Assembly: GCA_031763465.1 (NCBI GenBank)
Contig: JARFOE010000046.1
Span: 9,452,320 to 9,493,434, forward strand
Source of the DNA: Squatina squatina
Lineage: Eukaryota
Direction of reading: 5' to 3'
Length of the DNA: 41,115 bases
Below are positions 1 to 11,889 of this stretch, piece by piece. The first letter of the stretch is position 1, and every line of letters begins with the position of its first letter. A program made the translations under genes and the position numbers. The notes under the pieces are model-generated. The model was not told the DNA's origin, ran no database searches, and was given only the letters and a program-made list of their open reading frames with translations.

Positions 1-49
1 CCTGTGTGTGGCCTTTACTCACTTTGCTTATTATGGTCAAGTTATTTCT

Positions 50-497
50 TTATTCATTTTCAGGATGTGGGCGTTGCTGGCAAGGCTGGCATTTACTGCC
101 CAACCTGAGGTGGTGGTAATGGGCCTTCTCCTTGAACCGCTGCAGTCCGTGCAGTGTAGGTGCTTCCATAATGCACTGGGGAGTGAGTTTATCACAGTTT
201 GAGTGTCTTGCTGGGCCACTTCAGAGAACAGTTAAGAGTTAACCACATTGGTTTGGGACTGGAGTCACATATAGACCCAGACCGGATAAGGACGGCAGAT
301 TTCCTTCCCTAAAGGACACTAGCGAACTAGTTGGGTTTTCATGACAATCCAACAGCTCCATGGTCACCTTTACTAATACCAGCTTTTTATTTCTAGATTT
401 CTTTTCTTAAACTGAATTCAAATATTCAAGCCACCGTGGTGGGATTTGAATTTGCGTCCTCTGGTTTACTAGTCCAGTAACCTAACCACTACACCCT
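50..497 (-). mobile_element. tRNA-derived SINE with LINE-like 3' tail (chondrichthyan-type)
   Basis: Minus strand starts GGTGTAGTGGTTA (A-box-like) then AATTCAAATCCCACC (B-box-like) and ends GCCAGCAACGCCCACATCCTGAAAATGAATAAA, a tail I recognise from shark repeats. Confidence 0.7.
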
Positions 498-523
498 ATT
501 AACTCTCGGGTCTTGTGCTGCAG

Positions 524-709
524 GATGTGGCAGATTCTCGACGGATAAACAGCCATATTCATGAGGAGGACCAAGAGGCTCCCTTACACCTGAATGCAAT
601 GATCCTGTCTGGTGAGTTCTGGCCACCATTAAAAGAGGAGAAACTGGAGCTCCCTCCTGAAGTGAAGGAAGCAATGGATGCTTATACCAAGAAGTATGAG
701 AAGTTAAAA
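524..709 (+). CDS. ANAPC2: Anaphase-promoting complex subunit 2, internal exon (cullin homology region)
   Basis: cag|GATGTG...AAA|gtaagt, 186 bp; DVADSRRIN...ILSGEFWPPLKEEKLELP...YEKLK matches APC2. Confidence 0.95.
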
Positions 710-1813
710 GTAAGTATTGAATATTTATAAAACGCCTTTCTTCAGTGACTGCAGTCCCAATGCAGGTTCAGCTCGGAGTGCATAGGACGTGCAAACAGTT
801 CTTTTTCATGGTTCAGAAGGACTAGACGTGCAGCAGAAGGGTTACCTTCAGCCCATTTGACCTACAACNNNNNNNNNNNNNNNNNNNNNNNNNNNNNNNN
901 NNNNNNNNNNNNNNNNNNNNNNNNNNNNNNNNNNNNNNNNNNNNNNNNNNNNNNNNNNNNNNNNNNNNNNNNNNNNNNNNNNNNNNNNNNNNNNNNNNNN
1001 NNNNNNNNNNNNNNNNNNNNNNNNNNNNNNNNNNNNNNNNNNNNNNNNNNNNNNNNNNNNNNNNNNNNNNNNNNNNNNNNNNNNNNNNNNNNNNNNNNNN
1101 NNNNNNNNNNNNNNNNNNNNNNNNNNNNNNNNNNNNNNNNNNNNNNNNNNNNNNNNNNNNNNNNNNNNNNNNNNNNNCACTGTTGCTATGCCTTCCCTCA
1201 GTCGAGGCACAGGATCTTTTGTTTGAATTGGTCATTCCCTACAGAGGGCTTTTTTAGGCATGGCAGAGAGCTACAAGATTATGGTGTTTGAAAGAAGGCT
1301 TTTGATAGAGGCTCAACATTTGTTCTTACTCCCCAAGCCTGTCCTGTTTGCACATTGCAGGCTTCACAATGAAAGGTTCTAAAGTTAGAGTTTATCAACA
1401 GGGAAAACAAATTAAACTGCAAGCATTGATCCTGATTGAGTTTAATACTTTACTGTGAATGTTGCCTCTGCCTGATGCTTCAGGAAAAAAATGGCCAATG
1501 TAATAAAACCAGGATTTCGCGAAACCCTGGAAGATATGTAAAATCAAGTTTTGATTCTTTTTGACTAGCATTTAGAGAACTTAATATAATTGGTTTCTTT
1601 GAGGGCTGTTTTAAAGCCTGTTGCCCCTGGTGTTGGTGATGCTTTACGGATCCGAGCTGGACGTGGTGCATTTTTGTTCCAGTGAGAGTGATGCTACCAC
1701 TCTGCAGCCCTGAGCTAGATTTGTTGGTGTTAACTGAGACTTCAAAGGCTAATGCCATCAGGGTTTCTCTCTTGTGGTGCCTTCATTTCAGTGCATGGTT
1801 TCATCTCTTTCAG

Positions 1814-1943
1814 GCCATGAGATCGTTGAATTGGAAACCTCACCTGGGAAATGCTGACCTGGAGATCGAGCTGGCAGATCGAACGTTGTCTTTGTCTGTC
1901 TCCCCTGTCCATGCTGCCATTATTATGCACTTCCAGCAGAAGA
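1814..1943 (+). CDS. ANAPC2: ANAPC2 internal exon
   Basis: tttcag|GCCATG...AAGA|gtaagt, 130 bp, phase 0 to 1; AMRSLNWKPHLG...ELADRTLSLSVSPVHAAIIMHFQ continues the previous exon in frame. Confidence 0.95.
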
Positions 1944-2873
1944 GTAAGTATCTCTGTGATTTGACCTCAGAGGTTTGAACCTACATTATCCCAACTGAAC
2001 ATAAAAATAATGTTCATCATTCAGCTATCCTCAATGTACAGATAGAGATATTGCTGTATCAAGGGAACACCTGGAGCACAATACGTGTTAAAACATTCAT
2101 ACTCGGTGTGGTATGTGCCCTTCTCCATTCTACTACATAGAAAACCTTGTTCTGGCTCCACACTTATTTTTTCCTCCCTCTGGTCATTGTCAACATTGAC
2201 TTGTGATATAAATGACTAGGAAAGACTATTGAAGCACATTAGAGGCCGTGGGAAGTTGAAGTTGAAGTTAAAGTTAAAGTTAAAGTTGGAACCTGTTTTA
2301 TTTTTATTCTGCCAATTTCCTTCCATCCCCACCTCTCCTGAAGATTTGTACTCCTTGCTGATNNNNNNNNNNNNNNNNNNNNNNNNNNNNNNNNNNNNNN
2401 NNNNNNNNNNNNNNNNNNNNNNNNNNNNNNNNNNNNNNNNNNNNNNNNNNNNNNNNNNNNNNNNNNNNNNNNNNNNNNNNNNNNNNNNNNNNNNNNNNNN
2501 NNNNNNNNNNNNNNNNNNNNNNNNNNNNNNNNNNNNNNNNNNNNNNNNNNNNNNNNNNNNNNNNNNNNNNNNNNNNNNNNNNNNNNNNNNNNNNNNNNNN
2601 NNNNNNNNNNNNNNNNNNNNNNNNNNNNNNNNTATGGTTCAGCCGCTCATCACCTTAACTAGCTGGAGCTTTGGAGAGCTTATAAGACCCAGTGACTTTT
2701 TCCTTTCAAAATTCATGCATTTCTTTGAGTAGTTTGAAGAATTTTTCTGATTATGAATTAAGGTGTAGTGGAAAGGCCTTAAATTAAACTTGTACTCGTA
2801 CAAGGAGAATTGGTACCTGAAATGATTCATGTACTGGTGTGCTAGTTCTTGTTTAATGTGTGTGCATCTGTAG

Positions 2874-3109
2874 GCACGTGGACTCTGGACGAGCTTAGTG
2901 ATGTACTTAAAGTACCCGTCATTGCCCTGAGAAGGAAAATTGCTCTTTGGCAGCAACAGGGAGTCCTAAAAGAGGATCCCACGGACACATTTACAGTGAT
3001 TGAGGAGCAACAGAAGGATCAACAGGAGAAAATGGTTTTGATCGATAGTGACGAGGAGGGAGACTCTGCCATGGCTTCCCAGGCTGATCAGAAAGAGGAG
3101 GAATTACAG
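2874..3109 (+). CDS. ANAPC2: ANAPC2 penultimate-type coding exon
   Basis: tag|GCACG...CAG|gtagag, 236 bp, phase 1 to 0; WTLDELS...WQQQGVLKE...IDSDEEGDSAMASQADQKEEEL; the final exon was not found in the window. Confidence 0.95.
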
Positions 3110-3265
3110 GTAGAGCTGTTTTAACAGCTTACGTTATAATACATTGCCTGCAAAGTAACTTGATANNNNNNNNNNNNNNNNNNNNNNNNNNNNNNNNNNN
3201 NNNNNNNNNNNNNNNNNNNNNNNNNNNNNNNNNNNNNNNNNNNNNNNNNNNNNNNNNNNNNNNNN

Positions 3266-3562
3266 TAAACGGGTCTTTTTCCAGGTGGCAGGCAGTGACT
3301 AGTGGGGTACCGCAGGGATCAGTGCTTGGGCCCCAGCTATTCGCAATATATATCAATGATTTGGATGAGGGAACTAAATGTAATTTTTCCAAGTTTGCAG
3401 ATGACACAAAATTAGGTGGGAATGTGAGCTGTGAGGAGGATGCAAAGAGGCTTCAAGGCTATTTAGACAAGTTGAGTGAGTGGGCAAAAACATGGCAGAT
3501 GCAGTACAATGTAGATAAATGTGAAGTTACCCACCTTGATAGGAAAAACAAAATGGCAAAAT
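3266..3562 (+). mobile_element. CR1 LINE ORF2 reverse transcriptase fragment
   Basis: VTSGVPQGSVLGPQLFAIYINDLD...KFADDTKLGG...LSEWAKTWQMQYNVDKC. Confidence 0.92.
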
Positions 3563-3689
3563 ATATCCACTCGCAAAATGATTGTGGTTATTAGAAGCAG
3601 GTGGTCAGGAAAAACCTTTGAGTCTAATACTAAATAATTAAAGAGCTTTTCAGATGCATGTCATATAGATTAATATCACTATTAAACTA

Positions 3690-4990
3690 CAACCAAAAAT
3701 CTTCGCAAATTTTTTGACAACTAAGTTGGGATTGATAAAATTAATTCATTACAATTATTGGGATTATAGTGGGCAGTTGGTTGAGAATGTCTATAAATGG
3801 ACTGTACATGCAGCAAATCTGGACTTAGTGCTTTACTTCAAAGCACATAAATCCTGTAAATGGTTGAGTAGGTATCTAAGTTCACAGTTCATAGAATTGA
3901 TTTAGATGATTTGTCAGCGGGATGGATTTATATTCTTAATACACTGACCATGCATTTCACAACAATGGTGCTTTGATTTTAGTTAAGTTACTAAACTGGA
4001 GTATCTACACTCGCCGCTCTCATTAACCATGGTAATAGAACTCTCTGCCACTAATGGATGCCAGGATCAGCCTTCGAAAATGACAGCCCAAAATTGCAGG
4101 TATTATTTCGTGGCTTTATCCTATAAGTACTGAACAACTGGAATAACCCTCCAGATTATTTGCTGTTCACTGCCATTCTGATACCATTCCATCTGGCAGT
4201 AAGCATTCACTCAGAAATTCAACAGCAAACAGATAGGTCCAAATATTATTCAGATATACACGAATAGTATGAGCTGATCCAAGTGAAAGTGGAACTTTAA
4301 AATAAGGAAGGATGTTTTGTTTGCAGACATGAAATAGAATCCAATTGAAAGCAGGTCCAATTCAAAATATGCAGCTTAAATTCTCTGACCAGCCCGGATA
4401 AGAATCTGGCATAACTATATTTTTTCCATATACTTACTTATGACTCAGCCATTTTCTTAGAAATATGGACAATGAAAAACCAGACCCTCAACTCTTATTG
4501 AAAAGCTGATTCATAAAATACAAGGCAAACAAGATTCTCACTAAGAAATATAAAACATTTATTGATCTGCATCATGAATGTACAGATTTGATGAGGATCT
4601 CCTGGAAAAGAGATCTGGGAATGGAGATTAATGAGGATGATTAGGATTCGATGTGGCCATCTATTGACAAGCTGTTTCCCTGTATTAAAATGAAAGAGAT
4701 GCAATTTAAATTCTTACATAAATCCTTCTTTACTCCACTGGGAAGTGGTAGAGAAAATGTGGAGCAATACATTTCCACATTCATGTATTCTGTGAATTCA
4801 GCAACTTTGGTAATACATCTTAAAAATCATTAAGAATACCACTCCGTTCAGGATCGCTCCAGAACTTGTCTTCTGCATATCTGTGGATGGTCCCTTAAGG
4901 TGACGGAAATTCTAGTTGAACAACATGTTGCTTTTTGCATTCTACTGTATACCTCCTAATGATATTTTTACCTCTCTCAATGGTAGGTTT
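3690..4990 (+). mobile_element. Highly decayed L1-clade LINE ORF2 C-terminal region
   Basis: At ~4600-4740 ...RDLGMEINEDD*DSMW...KEMQFKFLHKSFFTP resembles the fish L1 W..DL...W...QFK.LH..Y.TP motif; a weaker GL....HY.YW..Q-like stretch lies near 3725; boundaries approximate. Confidence 0.5.
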
Positions 4991-5118
4991 GAACATGTAT
5001 CTTCGTGGCTTTTGACTACACTACAATTTTCTCTTCCTGTTAGCTAAGATAGGGTTAAATTGAGGGTAACTACTAGCAAAATTTGTTTAAATAATTAACA
5101 AGTCACTTAAAAAAGTTG

Positions 5119-5340
5119 GGGGCCCAATTAGTTTGACTCAAAACCGGCCGCAGCACTTGGAGCCCCATAGCCGCGGGTGCACCGCGCCAGCAGCGAGGGT
5201 CGCTGACCCAGAATTGGTGACTTCGTCACCATTCTGGGTCAGCACAACGTGGCGACGCTAAACAAGTGTTGCCACGGTGCTAACCCGGCGCTGACCCGGC
5301 CAATGCCACGTCACTGCCGGGTTGGTGCCAGAGCAGCAGG
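5119..5340. mobile_element. CpG-rich element with internal hairpins (probable non-autonomous DNA transposon fragment)
   Basis: Abrupt GC/CpG-rich island in AT-rich DNA with two inverted repeats at 5202-5243 and 5248-5276. Confidence 0.45.
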
Positions 5341-5839
5341 AGAGGAAAAATCTTTGTTCTTTTGCAATGTAGAAAAATGGCATAAAAACGAGAAAGTCTG
5401 GTCAGAGAAAAGACCATTCCGCCCACCAATCCCACTCCTTCTATAGAGTGTGTACAATTTGGCTTGACATGGATTATATGCACCAATTTAATATCCTGTG
5501 AGAAAGTGCTACATGTATATTCTTTCATCCTAAATAGTAATCAGACATATTCATTCATCATTACATATATTCTACGAACTCTTCCTTGCTGCCCTTCAGC
5601 CAGTTCTCTCTGGCCTCAGTAACCTAATATATTGTTACCTCTATAAATCTCCAATGCCATTCTCAACCAGATACCTGTCCAGTTCCTTTTTGTAGCAATT
5701 AAGTAATACTATCTCAAATATTTTCACAGGTTATCTGCTCTGCTTTACTCTGCTAGGAGTCTCCTTGTTTATTTCAAATAAGTGTCATCTAATTTTGTAC
5801 TCACAGGCAAAGTCAAATAACCTGCTTACATCTATCTAT

Positions 5840-6001
5840 ATAGAATCACAGAAATTTACGGCACAGAAAGAGGCCATTCGGCCCACCGTGTCTGCGCCCG
5901 GCCGAAAAAGAGCAATCCAGCCTAATCCCGCTTTCCAGCTCTTGGTCCATAGCCCTGTAGGTTACGGCACTTCAAGTGCATATCCAAGTACTTTTTAAAT
6001 G
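5840..6001 (-). mobile_element. CR1 LINE 3' end
   Basis: Minus-strand FKKYLDMHL...GYGPRAGK followed by GGGCCGAATGGCCT...TTCTGTGATTCTAT tail. Confidence 0.8.
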
Positions 6002-9000
6002 NNNNNNNNNNNNNNNNNNNNNNNNNNNNNNNNNNNNNNNNNNNNNNNNNNNNNNNNNNNNNNNNNNNNNNNNNNNNNNNNNNNNNNNNNNNNNNNNNNN
6101 NTGTGCTATACATGTTTTGCCTATCCCTCCTTGAAAATTGGGATCCTACATTAGACGTAGGGCTCCAGCCTGCATATTTAGATGGCCTCCCATCTGTTTT
6201 AGGTTGGAGTGCTGGATGCTTATTTAAAGGCCTGCCTGAAGGTTCATTCAAGTGGGCAAATAGGTGCAATAGATCTCCATCAGACTTTCAAGTGGTGTTT
6301 GCCCATTTTTCAGACTAGAAATGGGTGACTGGCAGTTGAATCTTCAAAAAAATCTAAAAACATTATCCTTTTCTGCTCTAAACCTCTCCAATCCAGCTTC
6401 AACCCAGCCAGTTTCTTGTTTTTAATCTCTTTCTGCTCTTTGTGTTACAACTTTGTGTTTTGTAACTTGTGCACTGCAGCTTATTCTGTTCAGTCTGTTG
6501 TTGACTGATGTTTGGTATGGAAGGGGGAGTATTCACACTAGAATCCACATCAAGTATAAACAGTAGCATACAAGGAGGAGGATAGGGATAAAGAGACAGG
6601 AGAGTCCCAATAAAATTAGTTGGATATAATGACTAAATTCTTGATCTTAATAGGGTCCTCAATCTTTCAGGGATGGAAATTATTTCAAACTATTACATTA
6701 GCGCTTCAAAACAATTTATTTTAATATGTAGCAGCTCATCAGAAGAGATAAAAAGTGAACTTAATTCGACTGAAATAATTGCAACCTAATACCTTGTATA
6801 CTGTGAACACTATTATCATTGAACAATAGTTCACACAAAATTCAACCAGCTGTTGTGGGCTGTGGATACTGTTTGGGAATGGGGTGAGGTTGATGGTGGG
6901 TTTTGTCATACTAGTGACAGAAACCAGTCCAGAATCACCATGCATATAGGAAACAAAAGATTGGCGACAAGTTAAAACTTCTCACATAGAATTTCAGAGA
7001 GATCTTGCTTACAAATCCCAGACTTTACGATCAACTTGGATTATTGTGTTGATGCAGGTTATGGGAACCTACAACATTTTCAATTTTGTTGTCAAACCAA
7101 TGCTTTGTTCCGTGTTTCCAAAGTCATTGTGGTTGTAGAAATGATTGACTGTAGCCATGTTTACTGGAGGATATTATCCAATCAGAGCTAAATATATGGA
7201 ACACTACAAAGGCATTGTATCAAAAAATGTAATGCAAGATCTCAGTTCTCAGGCTGTTATAAGCACCTAAGAAATAATGGTTGTAGGGTAATTTTAAAAT
7301 AAAGTTTGGGATATACAGTTTAATAATGTTGAGCCAAACCTACATCCTAACACAACTCATTATTATAGAAAACCAGGTTGGACCAGCATTCTTTTCACTG
7401 CTTCACAAAATTCATCAGCTGAACTGTCCGATAGATATTTTTACTTCAGGACTTCACATAGTCAGGGATTGGTGTAATCATGGTTGAGGGCCATGAAGAT
7501 GAGGATCATAATGAAAGTCCAGGTTGACCTAGAAATCGGTGGAAACCGTACCAGAGAGTGGGGCTTATCAAGAACTGCCACAACCCAAAAGTGATACCAA
7601 GTGACATTAAATCCAGTTAGTGGCTGTACTATCACTAAACCAGTTAGTAATATTAGAAAAGAATACAGAAAANNNNNNNNNNNNNNNNNNNNNNNNNNNN
7701 NNNNNNNNNNNNNNNNNNNNNNNNNNNNNNNNNNNNNNNNNNNNNNNNNNNNNNNNNNNNNNNNNNNNNNNNNNNNNNNNNNNNNNNNNNNNNNNNNNNN
7801 NNNNNNNNNNNNNNNNNNNNNNNNNNNNNNNNNNNNNNNNNNNNNNNNNNNNNNNNNNNNNNNNNNNNNNNNNNNNNNNNNNNNNNNNNNNNNNNNNNNN
7901 NNNNNNNNNNNNNNNNNNNNNNNNNNNNNNNNNNNNNNNNNNNNNNNNNNNNNNNNNNNNNNNNNNNNNNNNNNNNNNNNNNNNNNNNNNNNNNNNNNNN
8001 NNNNNNNNNNNNNNNNNNNNNNNNNNNNNNNNNNNNNNNNNNNNNNNNNNNNNNNNNNNNNNNNNNNNNNNNNNNNNNNNNNNNNNNNNNNNNNNNNNNN
8101 NNNNNNNNNNNNNNNNNNNNNNNNNNNNNNNNATAGTCATATCATGGTGGATATGTGCACCTGGAATTAGTATAATGTATATTAATATAAAACACAAATT
8201 ACAATACAATATCTATTACAGCAAAACTTGTTTGATAATGCTTTTGACTCTTAATACAATACAGTATGAGCCAATATAAGGATCAGTTGCAACGTTGCAC
8301 AAGTAAACACCCAATGATTTTCATGATTTGGCTGAAAATGTGACCAGAGTCTATGACATCAATATCCTTTCCTTCATTAAAGCAAGCATTTCTAAACTTT
8401 TACAAATACTACCTGTGTACTCATGGCCCTGTGAAGTCACCATTTTCCAAGCAACCATGCATCATTCGAAGAGATAAACAACCAAGGTACCCAAATTATG
8501 TTTTTATTAATATGGATTTTATCATGCCTAGCCTGCTGGCCTTTGCAATAGTTCTGGAGAGACAGACTGAGGTGAAGAAGCAGTTCACAAAAGGTATGCA
8601 TTCACTGTCATTGCTTGGGGAGTCTACCTTCTAATCTAAAGAAGGAGAAGCAGGAAGAAGCATCACTGTTCAGTCTGAAAGCAAGGAGAAAGAGAAATGG
8701 TTTCTTGTCAGAACAACAGAACAAAAACTACAGCATATAAAGATTCTGCCTTCTTGACGAACGCCAAGGTGGCTGGGTCTGGGAGATGACAGCTGGCAGG
8801 CAGAGTTTGCACAATGGAGCAGAAGGTATGAGGAACACATGAGGTTGGCAACATTGGAGTTTGTTGAAGATGAGATCGCTCAGTTTATATCAAAGAACAG
8901 GAAGGCACATAAATCAGGCTGACAGACAAGACAGGTATTTTTGCATTTTATTTTATTTAGAAAGTAAAATGCTTCAGTAAAAAAAAAGTACTTTAAAATT

Positions 9001-9379
9001 CTCCAAACAAGATCTGAAGGAATAACGGTACGGTGCACAATTAAGGGGAATGGGAAGGGAGAGTTGCTAATGCAGTTTTTCTGATGTGTCATCTTGTCTG
9101 AATTTAAAAATATAAATGAAGATTAAAACACTTTAGCAACAAAATGATTTGAAGATACTACTGGTGAAATGATGAAGACATCCAAATAAAATGGGCTCCT
9201 CACGAAGAAGGCAACCAGAGGAAAATAACAGAACACAACTTAGAGCCCTGTATTTGGAATAAAAAAGTGCACGTTAAGCAATGGGTTCAAAAAAAAAGCA
9301 AGAAAAAAATCCCGGCAAACATGGCAGGCTTTTCAGAATGAGTACGATTGGAGAAGCAGAATGTCATGATCAATCAGGC

Positions 9380-9753
9380 TAGGGTTGCCAACCCTCCAGG
9401 ATTGCCCTGGTGTCTCCAGGAACTAAAGACTCATCTCCAGAACATGGCTGCGAGCAACACAGCAGACAAATAATAGGGGCAATAAAAATTTAGTTTTTAA
9501 AAAAAAATCCTGCGAACACTCTTATTTACCAGTTATAAAAATATTGGACATGGGAAAAAATGTTGTTTGACTCGACAGTCAAGAATCATCCAATCGGGTA
9601 ATGAAGAGTCTATTCACTTTCCCATTGTCGTAGGAAGGTAGTGTACCATGAGGAAGGACATGCCGGGCGAGAGTGTGAGGGTGGGGTGGTTGGACGCAGG
9701 AGGTCATGCAATGAAACCTTAAGGAATATGTCCAACCAGAGTTGGCAACCCTA
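9380..9753. mobile_element. Non-autonomous hAT-like DNA transposon (MITE)
   Basis: Perfect 13-bp terminal inverted repeats TAGGGTTGCCAAC / GTTGGCAACCCTA, 374 bp, no transposase-like ORF. Confidence 0.75.
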
Positions 9754-10560
9754 TTTAGGCCTATGGCACTGTTGCATAGTCAATAGAAGGAGAGAGCATG
9801 GATTCATATACCTCATTCATGCGGCAGTAAACCAGAACTGCCTTTTATATGTTGCCTGTCAATAATGATGGGGGCAGGTAGACAGAGCAACTCCCAGCTT
9901 TGAAACCTGCCAACAGAATGCTATCGGGGCTCAACAGCCTTGGAGAACAGAGATGGTATTGTGGTGTGCCAGCACTGTGCTTGGTTGCAATTCTGAATTT
10001 TGACATTAGATTTTATTAAGCATGTATTTGTGAGAACCAGGCAGCCTGATTCAATGCTCCCTGGCTTCCAGGCCCTGAACAATCCTTACTTTGCTGTTCT
10101 GTCCTACTATAATTTCTTTAATTTATTTTGCAGTAGATTGGTTAGCTGCATTTTCTATATTGCTATTCAATTTACACGGTAACATTCATGCATTCAATCT
10201 AAAGTTCATAAATTTTCAGTTTTTCAAATATAACCAGAACTCCAGGGACTTTGATTTAGACATAACTTCCTGGCTTTATATTCATTTTTTTCATAAAATC
10301 TATTAAAAAGGGAAACAAAGATATTAAACAAAAAGTTTGGTAACATAAACATTGTGAAAAGAACACTGCTAAATTACACTCAAACCAGGAAAATGTTGAA
10401 GCAGCTAAAATGGTGTTATGATGTTATCATGTACATGAGCATCAATGCTGTGACATTTGGAAGTCAAATTTATCTTTTAATGAAAAGCAGGAGAATGCCT
10501 GTTTTATTTTTTAAATTACCCGATTTCTAAATTGCATTTTCAGAAGGTCGGCTGGTGTGT

Positions 10561-10728
10561 GGGGTGGGGTAATTTTCTCCTTGACTTAGGCGGTAATCTT
10601 GCCCACCTGTTGTAGAATCCACTTGCTCTTCATCCCACTAATACCCACCGTGTGAAAATCGGACGGGTTCTACAGTGATCTGCTCTGCTGATTTATCACC
10701 CAGGTCAAGGTGAAAATAACCCCTCCCC
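10561..10728. mobile_element. Short palindromic MITE
   Basis: Left GGGGTAATTTTCTCCTTGACTTAGGCGGTAA versus reverse complement of right GGGGTTATTTTCACCTTGACCTGGGTGATAA; inner TGTAGAA/TTCTACA pair. Confidence 0.65.
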
Positions 10729-11184
10729 ACCATCTCCCCGCCCCGGGTTTTAAAGCCATACATTGCTGCTATTTTGTTAACAGAACAATCTTATGTATTG
10801 TCCTTAAGAAACCCATTTCACACCCTTAGATTCTGGTTGCCTTTCTGACCGCACTTATTTCTTCCGGCACCGATTGATTAGTGTAAATAAATAATAATTT
10901 TGAAATATTTTAGTTAACCAATGGCCCGGGCGTCATGCACTCACATAGGAACTTTTCAAAAAGACGACAGAAGACCTTGATTAGCTGAGCTTAAAATCCA
11001 AAACATAACAAAAGCGAGCTTGAGTTTATATTGTGCCCATCGCTCTGAAGAATGTCACAGAGTGGAGCAAAGGACGTGAACTGGGGGGACAATGGGGGGG
11101 GAGGGGCCCCAAAAGTATGGCCAGAGAAATTAGTTTCGCAAGAAGCTTCTGAAGGATGTGCCAGGCAATGAGGCAAAGTGGCTT

Positions 11185-11378
11185 TCGGAGAGAGAAATAT
11201 AAAAGCAGATTGTGAGAGCTTCTACAAGTATGTAAAAAGGAAGAGAATATCAAAATTAAGCGTTGATCCCTTAGAGGCTGTGAATGGTGAAATTATAATG
11301 GGCATAATAGCTCTTTCAAAGAGCCGACAAAGGCATGATGGGTTGAATGGTCTCCTTCTTTGCTGTATCATTCTATAA
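11185..11378 (+). mobile_element. CR1 LINE fragments (ORF2 linker plus 3' tail)
   Basis: RNIKADCESFYKYVKRKR...DPLE...GEIIMG then GATGGGTTGAATGGTCTCCTTCT tail. Confidence 0.7.
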
Positions 11379-11481
11379 TTCCACAAAATATTTTGGTATA
11401 AGCAGGAGGCAAGGAGCAGTTTCTGTCTAACACTTCAAACAAAAATGAAATAAAACCAAGTGTTTTGTCTGCTCTTCCTAG

Positions 11482-11717
11482 GTGAATACAACCTCACCGT
11501 GTCTGTATCAGATAAATACGACAACATCAGCCAGCTTGTTCCACTGAGAGTCTACAGCTATCTGAGCAACCTCTCCATTAACATGAACAGTGACATCCTT
11601 GCCACGGGTAAACCAGTTGAATTCGAAGCCAGCCTGCTTCCTTCCACACACGGTGTTACTTACAACTGGAGTTTTGGGGACAATTCCACCCATCTGAGTG
11701 GGACTCTTCAAAAAGTC
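11482..11717 (+). CDS. Polycystin-1-like protein, 5' part of the large PKD-repeat exon (truncated by gap)
   Basis: Pyrimidine tract + ctag|GT GAA TAC; GEYNLTVSVSDKYDNISQLVPLRV...ATGKPVEF...LPSTHGVTYNWSFGD aligns with recalled human PKD1 GEYLLTVLASNAFENLTQQVPVSV...LPSPGGVLYTWDFGD; WxFGD PKD motif. Confidence 0.85.
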
Positions 11718-11817
11718 NNNNNNNNNNNNNNNNNNNNNNNNNNNNNNNNNNNNNNNNNNNNNNNNNNNNNNNNNNNNNNNNNNNNNNNNNNNNNNNNNNN
11801 NNNNNNNNNNNNNNNNN

Positions 11818-11889
11818 CCACGAAAGACAGTTCCAACGAACTGTGTAGGAAAGGGAGTGATTAATCACTATCAGGGTCCCATATTGTTA
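11818..11889 (+). repeat. 72-bp direct repeat, copy 1 (copy 2 at 13065-13136)
   Basis: CCAxGAAAGACAGTTCCAACGAAC...AGTGATTAATCACTATCAGGGTCCCATATTGTTA occurs twice with 4 mismatches. Confidence 0.9.

Noticed and set aside
2252-2290. KLKLKL-coding repeat
   Set aside because: Intronic (AAGTTR)n microsatellite
822-8279. Long ORFs rich in X (e.g. 822-1291, 2229-2732, 7601-8279)
   Set aside because: They are open only because they run through N gaps
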